Of a DNA stretch of 64,000 nucleotides, positions 52,187 through 64,000 are shown piece by piece (the stretch's first letter is position 1; each line of letters opens with the position of its first letter). Below the pieces are notes generated by a model. It had not been told where the DNA came from. It saw only the letters and a program-made list of their open reading frames with translations, and ran no database searches. The translations under genes were made by a program, and so were the position numbers. The stretch comes from Eledone cirrhosa (taxonomy: Eukaryota). Where the stretch lies: the NCBI GenBank assembly GCA_964016885.1, contig OZ024742.1:254014001-254078000 (forward strand). Direction: 5' to 3'.

Positions 52187-54552
52187 AATAATAATATAAT
52201 AATAATGAAATTATTGTGTACAGTGCTCAGGTGCACTACAACTCATCAAAGGTGCATGTATAGTACATAGAATAATGTACAAATGTCAGGAAAATAAACA
52301 GTGTATGAGTCATGATATAATAACAATAACAATAATGAAATATTGTGCACAGTGCCCAGGTGCACCACAACCCATCAAAAAAGTGCATGTACAGTACATA
52401 GGGCAATGCACAAACATCAGTAAAATGAACAGTGCACACATGTGTGCATGTGTATGGAAGGGGCACATCAGGTGTAGTTTTGGCGTATTTCGGGAAGCAT
52501 GAGTGTCTTAAAGGATGCAGTGTCTCGGCAGCTAACAATTGACGCAGGCAGTTTGTTCCATGTTTCAGCAACTCTGAGCGTGAAAAAATGTCTGCGAAAG
52601 TCATGGGAGCTGTGCTGTTTTCTTATCTTGTAGGCATGTCCACGTGTGTTAGACACATGGAGATCAAAGAGGCGCTCAGGGTTGCAGTTGGCGAGATGGT
52701 TAAAAACTTTGTGGGTATTCACCAAGTCCACTGCCAGACGTCGGAGCTTCAATGAATCCATGCCCAGGGAAGCAAGGCGTTCAGAGTATGGTAGGTGTCT
52801 GATGGAGGGTATGCGCTTGGTTGCACGTCTCTGAACAGTTTCCAGGAGGTCAATGTTCCGAGCAAGATAGGGGTTCCAGACTGATGATGCGAATTCCAAG
52901 TGTGGTCGCACCATAGCTGTATACAGTTTTAAATAGATGGCTGGAGAGCGGCTAACAAAGGTCTTGCTGAGTGATGCCAAGACACCCTCGGCCTTCTTGA
53001 CAATCTTAGAGACATGCTTTGTCCAACGCAAATCGTTGCTGACAGTAATGCCTAGGTCACGTTCACAAGAGGACTTTTTGATGTCAGTGTTGTGGAGGGA
53101 GTATGTGGACGCTGGATTTTTCCTTCCAAAATGCATGGTGGTACACTTGTCCACAGCCAGCTTCAGTTGCCAGTCTGTGATCCATTGCTGCATTGTGTCC
53201 AGGTCTGATTGTAGGAAAGAGTTGTAAATTTCAGGATCAGTCCTTTTGATTTCAAGGTACAGCTTGATGTCATCTGCATATTTTAGTACCGTGGCATTCT
53301 GTAAGTTGGCATCTATGTCATTAATATATGCCACAAACAAAAGAGGACCAAGAACAGATCCCTGTGGTACACCAGATGACATCTCATATGGTGAAGAATG
53401 CTGTCCTAGAACCGTGACTACTTCCCTTCGGCTGAGAATGAAGGATTTCAGCCAGTCGAAAAGATCATCCCTCACACCCATTGCAGAGAGTTTTGCCATA
53501 AGTCTTTTGTGTGGCACAGAATTAAAAGCCTTAGCAAAGTCAAGGTAAACAACATCCACCCATGAGCCGCTGTCAGTGATCCGGGTGATGTCCTCAAGGA
53601 ACTCGATAAGCTGATCACAGCAGCTGGAGTTAGGGATAAATCCAAACTGTGAGGGCCGGATGAGGCTGTGAGAGCTCCAGAAGTTCCAAAGTGTTTCTCT
53701 GACACAGGATTCCATCAGTTTGGCCATACAGCTAGTAAGACTGACTGGACGATAGTTGACAGGTGACATGCGGTTGCCCTTTTTGAACAGGGGAATGACA
53801 CTGGCAGTTTTCCACTGCTCCGGAGTAGCACCATTGCTGAGACAGTATTGAAAGAAAAAAGAAAGCTGGCGCAAAAGGAAATCCCCGCCACGTTTGAGAA
53901 GCAGGTATGTCACACCATCAAGACCAGGGGAGGCATAGTTGCGCATATTCTTAAGGTGACGTCGCAACATTGCAGGTGTAAATTCCATAGTTGTTATGGA
54001 ATTTGATGTTAGAGATGGTGGAGATGGTACATTCTGGTTTTCAACAGTAAAAATACTTGCATAGCACTCAGCAATGAGTTCTGCGCATTCCTTGGGATCG
54101 TCAGTGATCTGGCTTGTGTGGGGATTGCGAAGAGGACCAACTGGAGAGTGAGGTCTCTGCTTTGAATGAACATATTTCCAGAACACCTTACTGTCAGGAT
54201 TGGTTGCGATGCACTGTTCAAATTCAAGCACTGCCTTCTTTGTCACTTGCTTGAGATGGTTAGAAGATTTATTCCGCTTTTTTCTGTTGGCATCTGATCT
54301 ATGCAGTTTATATTCCCGTTCAGCGTTCCGACGTTCTTTCCTGGCAAGTCGGACTGCTGAAGTTTCCCAGATTGCACTTTTGGGGTGGTTATTTTTCCGC
54401 TTCCGTGGCACTGATGCTGCACACGCTATCCATATTGAGTCCAGGATGCTCTGGAGTATAGAGTTCACATCTCCAGAGTTATACATCTCATGCCAGTTTG
54501 GGCGCTGTAGCTCAGTATAGATTGCATTTTTGTTTTTAAAATCCAAATTCAA
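52187..54552 (-). mobile_element. Young 5'-truncated CR1-like LINE with 3' UTR and (TTA)n tail
   Basis: Uninterrupted 694-aa RT ORF; 3' end shared with 61143-61589. Confidence 0.93.
52468..54552 (-). CDS. CR1-like reverse transcriptase (APE missing)
   Basis: NYRPVSLTS, QFGF, VYLDFAKAF, SGVPQGSVLGP, YADD, RDLG, VRPHLE, TRGH, FFTLRV..WN.LP. Confidence 0.95.
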   Translation of the reverse strand: MNLDFKNKNAIYTELQRPNWHEMYNSGDVNSILQSILDSIWIACAASVPRKRKNNHPKSAIWETSAVRLARKERRNAEREYKLHRSDANRKKRNKSSNHLKQVTKKAVLEFEQCIATNPDSKVFWKYVHSKQRPHSPVGPLRNPHTSQITDDPKECAELIAECYASIFTVENQNVPSPPSLTSNSITTMEFTPAMLRRHLKNMRNYASPGLDGVTYLLLKRGGDFLLRQLSFFFQYCLSNGATPEQWKTASVIPLFKKGNRMSPVNYRPVSLTSCMAKLMESCVRETLWNFWSSHSLIRPSQFGFIPNSSCCDQLIEFLEDITRITDSGSWVDVVYLDFAKAFNSVPHKRLMAKLSAMGVRDDLFDWLKSFILSRREVVTVLGQHSSPYEMSSGVPQGSVLGPLLFVAYINDIDANLQNATVLKYADDIKLYLEIKRTDPEIYNSFLQSDLDTMQQWITDWQLKLAVDKCTTMHFGRKNPASTYSLHNTDIKKSSCERDLGITVSNDLRWTKHVSKIVKKAEGVLASLSKTFVSRSPAIYLKLYTAMVRPHLEFASSVWNPYLARNIDLLETVQRRATKRIPSIRHLPYSERLASLGMDSLKLRRLAVDLVNTHKVFNHLANCNPERLFDLHVSNTRGHAYKIRKQHSSHDFRRHFFTLRVAETWNKLPASIVSCRDTASFKTLMLPEIRQNYT

Positions 54553-54569
54553 TAAACAGACCAGGATTT

Positions 54570-54629
54570 TTTCATTCTGAGGATTGAAAGCAAAATCCTT
54601 TGCTTTTAAGAAACCACTGGTAAATGGAA
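54570..54629 (+). ncRNA. Type I hammerhead ribozyme
   Basis: tttcatt-CTGAGGA-ttgaaagcaaaa tcc ttttgcttttaa-GAAA-ccactg-GTA-aatggaa; 12-bp stem II, GUA site. Confidence 0.88.
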
Positions 54630-54923
54630 TAATTGCCTTATGTTGTTTATTACATAACTATGTATATATATATACGGTATTCAACAAAAGAAAACACAGG
54701 AGAAGAATGAAGTACAATGATGCTACGTATAAGTTAGTTTAAATTAGTTTAACGCTTAATATTATTGGCAAAGAGTCTTAAGGTTTCAGAAATTAATCCT
54801 TCATTGGAACTTAGAATGAAAGATAGAGGAGAAATAGATGGATAGATGAGAGTAAGAAAGAGAAGAAGCAGGATAAAATGTTTTCACAAGAGGAAAGCAC
54901 ATGTGTTCTCTTAGCCATATATA

Positions 54924-55041
<118 letters not shown>

Positions 55042-55747
55042 AAGTCCATCTTCCTTGCTAGCAAGAGTTAATCATAATGTATATATGTATATACATATGG
55101 ATAAGCGTGTATTTATATATATAGATAGTGCCCTCTTTATTTGGGATAATTCTGTATGCTGAAATGCTTTGAATGCATTAATATGTGCAAAGAAATTTGG
55201 AAATTGCAAAATAGATAGATATTTAGATGGGTAGATAAATGTGGATACATTTGTTCATGCATAACTATCTATATTCATTTATACATGCATGCATACACAC
55301 ACACATACATACATTCATGCAGACATACATATACAAATACATATACAAATATACAAGTATGTACATACTTATGCACATACATATACCTGTTTAGATGCTG
55401 GTATGTATTGCTGGAAATATATACTTTGGTATATATATATATATACATGTATATGTCAGAGTTTTGTGTATGTATATAATGTCCAATTAGGCTTAGCTTC
55501 CCTTGCCTTTCATCCCATATTAAACATGCATCTCTTTAATTCTTAAATTCTCTCCATGCTATCAATTTCATTTTGCTATGATATGGTAGATTTTACATTC
55601 ACTTGCAATTTTATGTGATTCGATTTCATTAAATCTGGCTTTCACGAAAGTAATATTCTAGAACAGGAAGCACCATTTTTTCTCTCTATTTTTATAGATT
55701 TTCATATGTATATATGTATATATTGTATTATCACACACACACACACA

Positions 55748-55826
<79 letters not shown>

Positions 55827-56070
55827 CTACTATATATGTATATTTATATATATATATATGTGTGTGTGTGTGTGCATGTATATCTACTTACCACAAACTA
55901 TAAAGAAGTTATCAGGTTATAAAAGCAAAGTTCAATATTAAATATATTCACATCACACTGTCATCCAGGAAATCAATTTCTAAAGTAAAAATCAACAAAC
56001 ATGTCTCTCTCTCTCTCTCTCTTCCTCCCTCCAACGCTCTCTCTCTCATATGTGTATGTATATATATGTG

Positions 56071-56140
<70 letters not shown>

Positions 56141-56167
56141 CTAATATTCCTTGTAATTTGATATGAA

Positions 56168-56234
<67 letters not shown>

Positions 56235-56310
56235 TATACATATATATATATATACATATTTGCAAGCAGGGAAAAAGCGGTTGTAAAATGAAATGATGAT
56301 GATGATGATG

Positions 56311-56343
<33 letters not shown>

Positions 56344-56358
56344 CATAAATATATATAC

Positions 56359-56393
<35 letters not shown>

Positions 56394-56686
56394 GTATACC
56401 ACATACACATACACACATACATGTATGTGTGTGTGTGAGTGTCTGTGTAAGTATAAATATTCATTCTGCTGAAGTCTTTTTCAGTCTCAAATGAAGCTCC
56501 CTTAATCTGTATTAGTGGGTTTCCTTAAGATTTATTGCTTCTAAAACCTTGTCATAACTTTAACTTCAAATACGAGCCATGAATGACTTCGAATCAGAAA
56601 TCACATCTAATGATTTATGTAATGCATGAATTATTACGGACGAATATTTTAAAAGTAATTCTGACTCAAACTTTTTATATTTACGA

Positions 56687-56755
<69 letters not shown>

Positions 56756-57299
56756 CTTGCTCGATTGGCAAAGAAGAAGAAAGCTACGTTCATAAATCAG
56801 GTTCTTGTTATTTTCCAATCTGCTATCAGTCCACGCCAGTGATAAGAAGACGTCCTAGAAAAGGATTAATTTATACACTTATCGCTCGCATTCAAAACGA
56901 CAATGATTTACGCCATTTTAGCAAGATATATTATATATTATTAATGTTAGTATTTTATTGTACAGTTTACCAGAGTTTATCACAAAATAGGCTATATTCT
57001 CTCTTGTGAATGAAATAAAATTTAGCAATAAGGTAGATAACCCTTACATGGTAGATTATATTGAAGAAATGAATAGACATATATACTTTTGTTTTATTTC
57101 ATTAGCCATTTTATTAACATATTTCTAATGTAATATATTGCCTATAATTTTCAAATAATCTTGGAAAAAATAAGAAATTGGAGGGATTTTGTAATATAAC
57201 TTTTTCCTTCTTAAGTTGCCAGTTGGAACAGAATTTAACAAAGGTTCTTATTTGATTATGGTGGAGATTTTTAGATAATTATAAAGATTAAGCTTTTGT

Positions 57300-57506
57300 T
57301 AGTATGTTTCCCAGTAGAAGGAAGTCACAGTGGAGGTAGACCAAGGAAAACTTGAGTGGAGGTCTTGTGAGCTGATCTGAAATAACTGAAACTCACAGAG
57401 GAGATGACAAATGAAAATAATGAGTGTAGAGATACTGTGCTGAAAAGACCCATCTAACCCTTGTGAATGGGGAAAAAACAGATGTAAAAATGATGATGAT
57501 GATGAT
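57300..57506 (+). mobile_element. RTE LINE 3' fragment
   Basis: GRPRK..ADL..LKLTEEM remnant and (GAT)n tail. Confidence 0.7.
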
Positions 57507-59580
57507 TTGTAATAGTGTTAGTGGCTGAGAATTCAATAGATAAGGGCACCCTTAACAGAGTTCTAAAGAGACATTCAAATATGTTACATAAAATATAGGT
57601 CCCTCAGCTAGACCATTGAATACAACCTATATTAACTGTACATCGTTTAAAAAACAAAAACGCTTTGTCAAAATTTCTCCCAATTAGCTTAATTGTAAAA
57701 ACACACAGAAATCGTTTCTAATAAAAATCTTAAGATCAATTTAACACCGATAATAATTTGGTGAATTAGTTTCGCCTCTAATAAATGAAACCATAAAATA
57801 TTACATTAAGATGATGTTTATCATAAAAACCACACTGTTTTGATAATTTAGTAATTCCCATCTCATTTTAATGATGATGTTTCTTTAAATATTAGATTAA
57901 AATAAATAGATGAAGACATAAAAATGAATTTCAAATAAAATTAAATTCTTAGAAATCTTATTGTTCAGGTTTAAGTAGAAATATATTCTCATCTTCAAGG
58001 AAAGTTGCATGAACGAAATGTTTAATTATTCAAACAAATTTTAAGAATATTTCGTTATTTTGTTATAAAGATAAATGCATGAATGCATACTATACACACA
58101 TACACAATCACAGACACATACATTTCCACATTATCTATCTATCCATTTATCTATCAAGCTACTAACTATCTATCTATCCATCTACTTATCTACCTACCTA
58201 TATATATATAAGAGTAATACGTTGAAAGATCATACTTGGTTATGATTTGTCAAGAAAATTCAAGCTCAATGTGTTTATACAATCAACAAATATAATGAAC
58301 CAATTCATCCATGTGTAATATATAAGTTAATTAAGCCAAAATATTCTATGAGTGGACAATATCATTAACACAGAAATAGTGCTAAACTTATTTAACTTTT
58401 TATCATTTACATTCCTCTATATATACTATTGGCTTTATCTCACATAATATAGAATCTATTAGATTTTGAAATTATTTATTTTGAGAACAATACCTTAATA
58501 CAAGAGTATGAGTGGCCAATTAAAGAGGTGAGAGAATTCTGAGGAAGGAAGAGTGATGATGTCATGCACTAGAGGTGACTGAGGAAGGAAGGGGGTGATG
58601 ATAAACTACAGAAAACAGCATCTAACATTCTCTACACTTGTGTGTAAGTGTATGTGTATGTGTGTGTTTGTGTAAATGTATGTGTTTGTGTGAATGTATG
58701 TGTATTTGTGAGAATGTATGTCTGTGAGTGTGTATTTTTGTGTGTCTGTGTTTGCGTGTTTATAATAATATACTCATACACATGTCAGTTTGTTGAAAAA
58801 GTTAAATACCATCAAATAAATCACCCAAGGGTTCTCCAGTTTCACCCATCCCTTTCTATTTTATTCAACAAATTTGCTTACATCTCTAAATCAAAGTAGG
58901 GAAGTTCCAGATTTTACAGATGATATCAAGTTATATACTTCATCTTGCATCACTAACAACAAAATCATATTATGCACAGCCCTATCAACTGCAACTAGAT
59001 GGGCACACGGAAATGGTCAACAATGTGATCCCTCTAAAAACACAATTGATTCACTTTCACAGTCTTGAACCTTCTAATTACCAATGTGATGAAATATACT
59101 TAATTCTGCAAAAGTCCATAAAAATCCTAGGTATTTTCTTACAAACTGATTAGAAATGGGAAACTCATCTCAAGTACTCACTGAAAAAAATGACTTTAAC
59201 ATGACATAATTAAAGTTATTTCAAATAAATACCACTGTCTGACATATAAACACTTCAGATTGTAATATTGTATGTGTGTGTGTGTTTCCATGCATATGCT
59301 TACTTTTGTGTTCTGGAACTTAGTGGTTTAACAAAACAGAGACCAATGAAATACGTATGACACTTGAAAAAATATGTAATGGGATCAATAGCATTGATTA
59401 AATTAAATCAATGCAACAGCATAGCCACATTCAAATGACTGAAAACAGAATATAGAATTAAAAATTGAAAGAATATTTATTGAAAGAATATAGAATTAAA
59501 AATTAAAAGAATAGAAAAATAGAAGAAAAAAGGGAACAGAAACAAAAATATAAAGGACAAGAAATGTAGAGGGGACAACC

Positions 59581-59893
59581 CCTACACCAATGACTGGGAG
59601 GTACATATCCCCTGTGACCCACAAACTCTACACCATTGATTGGAAAGTACATCTCACCTGTGACCCGCAAACTCTACACCATTGACTGGAAAGTACATCT
59701 CACATGTGACCCACAAATTCTAACCATTGACTGTGTCACCTGTGACCCACAAACTCTACACCATTGACTGGGAAGTACATCTCACCTGTGACCCACAAAT
59801 TCTACATCCTTGACTGGGAAGTACATCTCAACAGCTGTGACCCACAGACTCTATACTATTGACTGGTAGGTACATTTGTGCTGTGACTCACAA
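59581..59893. repeat. 46-bp tandem minisatellite (~7 units)
   Basis: Unit CCACAAACTCTACACCATTGACTGGGAAGTACATCTCACCTGTGAC. Confidence 0.92.
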
Positions 59894-61142
59894 ACAAGAT
59901 AGCAAATACATTGCTACAGAAATACTTTCTACATCAATCAATTAATCCATCTCAGGAACTCTTTCCACAGGCAAGATTCCCTCCTTCCAATTCGCTGAAA
60001 GAAAACAGCCATCTCAGGACTGGGAATACTGGAGGTCTTCATGGAATCCCAGATGACTGACTTATCCCAGGCAAACTGGAAAATGATTATCCTATCTAGA
60101 TACCTACCTTCATTGCAGTTGAGGCCAGCAGGCTTTAGTTTGTGAGTACAAAGAGCTAACAATTGACTTGTCAAACCTAAAATGCAGAGAACTTTTAATA
60201 TATTTCTTTTATGTAGGTAGTAAAATGACAAAGTTGTTAGGGAATCAGATTAAACATCTCTGCATTTGTTTTGGCTCTCTGAGTTCAACTTTGTTGGGAA
60301 GGCCTGAGTAGAGATGGTATTAGCTTAGCAAGTGTCAAACATCAAAAGCAACTCTAGTAGTGATAGTAGGAGGCCACAGTAAGTCTGTGAGTCAGTGGCT
60401 TAATAATTTCAGAAAGTGGTGGCTTTAAAAGAATTATATGAGCAGTGGCTTTTAGTGGCTATTTTGATATTAGTTTCACTCTTCTGAAGTACACTTTTCT
60501 AATTCTATTTCTTCATATATGTGTTGTACTTTATCACATCTATCTTCACCTAAGTATTTGGATGGGTGTTTCTGGAGACACTTAGTGATTTCAATGTCTG
60601 TGTATAATTGAATTTTCTCAGTTTTAATTAAATCAGGACTTTTTATATTAGTTTTGGCATATTTGTATATTGCAATATTCATTTTTATATCTTGGCTGAA
60701 TTTATTAACAATTTTAGTAGATCTTCAGCTGGGTGTTAACTCTTTTAAATATGTTTTATGTATGTTGAAATAATAGATATAGAGAGATTGTGTTATAATT
60801 GTTTATTACTATTGCAGGTTTTAGTCATTAGACAGTGGTCATACACAAACACATTGAGCCCTGTACATATTTTTCAAGTTTGTTATTTATTTTATCAATC
60901 TTTCTTTATCAAATAACTATATTATGGGAGGTAAATACACACTCACATATGTGTGTGTGTGTATTATAGATTTTTCAGCTTTTGTCCACCAAAGCCTACT
61001 CAAAGGCATTGGTCTCAACCAAAATATATTGTAGCACACACCAGCCTGATGTGCCACACAGTGGACTAAATCCCAAACCCTGTGGTTGCAAAGTGAACTC
61101 CTTAACCATACAGCCATAGACACATACACACACACACATATA

Positions 61143-61589
61143 TAATAATAATAATAATAATAATGAAATTATTGTGTAAAGTGCTCAGGTGCACTACAAC
61201 TCGTCAAAGGTGCATGTATAGTACATAGAATAATACACAAATGTAAGGGAAGTGAATAGTATGAGTCATGATATACATGTGTGTATGTGTATGGAGGGGG
61301 AACATTAGGTGTAGCGTTGGCGAATCTCGGGAAGCATGGAGGCCTTAAAGGATGCAGTGTCTCGACAGCTAACAACCGATGCAGGTAGTTTGTTCCATGC
61401 TTCAGCAACTCTGAGCAGGAAAAAATGTTTCCGAAAGTCATGGGAACTGTACTGTTTTCTGACTTTGTGGGCATGCCCACGTGTGTTAGACACATGGAAA
61501 TCAAAAAGGTACTCAGGGTTGTTGTTGGCAAGATGGTTAACAATTTTGTGGGTGTTTACCAAGTCAGTTGCCAGGCGTCGGAGCTTCAA
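61143..61589 (-). mobile_element. CR1-like LINE 3' fragment with (TTA)n tail
   Basis: 94-aa ORF near-identical to the C-terminus of 52468-54552. Confidence 0.92.
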
Positions 61590-61636
61590 ATATACAATAT
61601 ATTAATAAATGGAAACAATATTTATAAAACCATAAT

Positions 61637-61702
61637 TATTTTATTATATATATTTCAAGGGCAACCAAGGCAAATTATAGTGCGCTTTCATCAGATAAAA
61701 TA
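61637..61702 (-). ncRNA. Type I hammerhead ribozyme, diverged relative of 8693/49256
   Basis: Minus strand: tattttat-CTGATGA-aag..ctt-GAAA-tatat-ATA-ataaaata; perfect 8-bp stem I. Confidence 0.85.
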
Positions 61703-61790
61703 CATATTTGTTTTATAAATAAATATTGACATACCCGGAAAAAAGACAACCTTAACAGATGAAGTTCCCATGACCACTTTATATATATAA

Positions 61791-61935
61791 TGAACATTTA
61801 ATATAGAAATGGTTTCTACAGGACTAGAACTGTTTCATTCAATCATCAAGAGTGGTCTTTACATTCCAGATGATTTCATACGAATGAAACAGTTCTAGTC
61901 CTGTAGAAGCTATTTCTATATTAAATTTTCATTGT
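61791..61935. mobile_element. Fold-back of the 10.9-kb HHR family, decayed cores; inverted duplicate at 62751-62877
   Basis: Plus: ttc-CAGATGA-tttcatacgaat-GAAA-cagttctagtcct-GTA-gaag; the opposite arm carries TTGATGA..GAAA. Confidence 0.75.
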
Positions 61936-62040
61936 TCTCCCTTTACTTATGTATTGATTACCTTATTTATTGTGGTTACCCCAGATTTCCCTCCGGATCT
62001 ACACAGACAGACACACACACACACAGATATATATATATAT

Positions 62041-62621
<581 letters not shown>

Positions 62622-62672
62622 AGGCACATGGCTTAGTGGTTAGAGCAGAGCATTGGCCTTGCAATCGAAAGG

Positions 62673-62757
<85 letters not shown>

Positions 62758-62877
62758 GCTTCTACAGGACTAGAGCTGTTTCATTCGTATGAAATCATCT
62801 GGAATGTAAACACCACTCTTGATGATTGAATGAAACAGTTCTAGTCCTGTAGAAACCATTTCTATATTAAATGTTCA

Positions 62878-64000
62878 AGAAATGAGGAAGGAGTGAGACT
62901 TCTTGAATTTTGTGATGCGGGTACATTGACTATTTGCAACACAAACTTCCAGAAACCTGCCAATCACCTAATAACCTACAAATCTCGTGAGCACATAAGC
63001 CAGATTGACTTCCTGCTAGTTAGGCAGCGGGACAGGCAGATAGTGCCTAATACCAAGGCATACCCTGGGGAAGAATGTACCCCACAGCATAGGTTAGTTG
63101 TTAGAGATATCTCAGTAAGCAAGAGATGGAATGAGACATATAGGAAGGTGTAGAGAAGAAAGGTCTGGATGCTAAAAGACCTTTCACTAAAATACAAATT
63201 TAGGAAAGCCCTTCAAGATGTATATGACGAAAAAGAAGACGATTTAGAGACGTATGACATAGATAATAACTGGAATTTCTTACGTGATAACTTGCTGCAG
63301 GCTACTGATGAAACCTGTGGCTGGAGCAGAGCTCCAACCAGACAGAGAGTGACCTGGTGGTGGAACAGCACAGTAGATAAGGCTATTCGAGACAAAAGAC
63401 TAGCATGGAAGGCTTGGAAAAAGGGTGGGAGTAGGGAAGAATATACAGCCACTAAGAGAGAAGCTAGATGTCAGGTGTACTTAGCACGCAGGGAGGCAGA
63501 GAGTAGGAGGTTTGCTAATGTTCTGCGACGGGAAGATCAGAGGCGTGCGGTGTTCCACATTGCAAGGCAGTGTGTCAATGCAAATCAGGATGTTGTTGGA
63601 GATAAATGTGTCCGGGATGATGCCGGTGTACTTAGTCTCACGAATGATCAGAAAAAGGAGGCCTGGAAATGTCATTATGAGAGACTGATGAATGTGGAGA
63701 ACGAATGGGAGAGAGAGAAATTACCCTTGGTGGATCCGACAGAGGGACCAGCTATTGAGATTGACGAATATAGGGTCCAAGAGGCAATTAGGGAAATGAA
63801 AAATGGTAAGGCTGCCGGACCATCGGGAATAGTTGCTGAGATGCTGAAGGCATCAGGGGACGTAGGCACTAAATTGGTTGCACGCATCATCAATCAGACT
63901 ATATATGGTGGTGTCATACCCAAAGACTGGTGCAGCAGTATTCTCATAAATTGCTACAAAGGTAAAGGGGATGCTTTGGAGAGGAGCAATTATAGGGGTA
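62878..64000 (+). mobile_element. RTE LINE internal part, runs off the right edge
   Basis: Highly similar to 33015-34095. Confidence 0.92.

Noticed and set aside
59938-60740. Possible decayed TE coding fragments (e.g. KHPSKYL, PLE-thumb-like)
   Set aside because: Too degraded to assign from sequence alone

Overview
Eukaryotic, AT-rich, repeat-dense intergenic or intronic DNA. An octopus-like cephalopod is my inference from the SINE/RTE repertoire and the extreme (TA)n density. No host gene could be supported. The window is a mosaic of RTE-clade and CR1-like LINEs, two tRNA-derived SINE families, a TGT..ACA MITE, minisatellites and at least seven Penelope-like element (PLE; RT/GIY-YIG) remnants. 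The hidden layer, invisible in the ORF track, is about 20 type I hammerhead ribozyme (HHR) motifs from about 10 sequence-unrelated families, read by eye on both strands (stem I - CUGANGA - stem II - GAAA - often palindromic stem III - NUH - stem I). They lie in short modules embedded in (TA)n microsatellites. Some are 3' tails of GIY-YIG PLEs. Some are non-coding, terminally redundant 308-483 nt units resembling retrozymes. Some are asymmetric fold-back palindromes whose two arms share copy-specific mutations. Together they suggest a (TA)n-targeting PLE/HHR/retrozyme-like system with a stereotyped inverted integration structure. Folding and alignments were done by eye, ribozyme activity is untested, and element boundaries are approximate.
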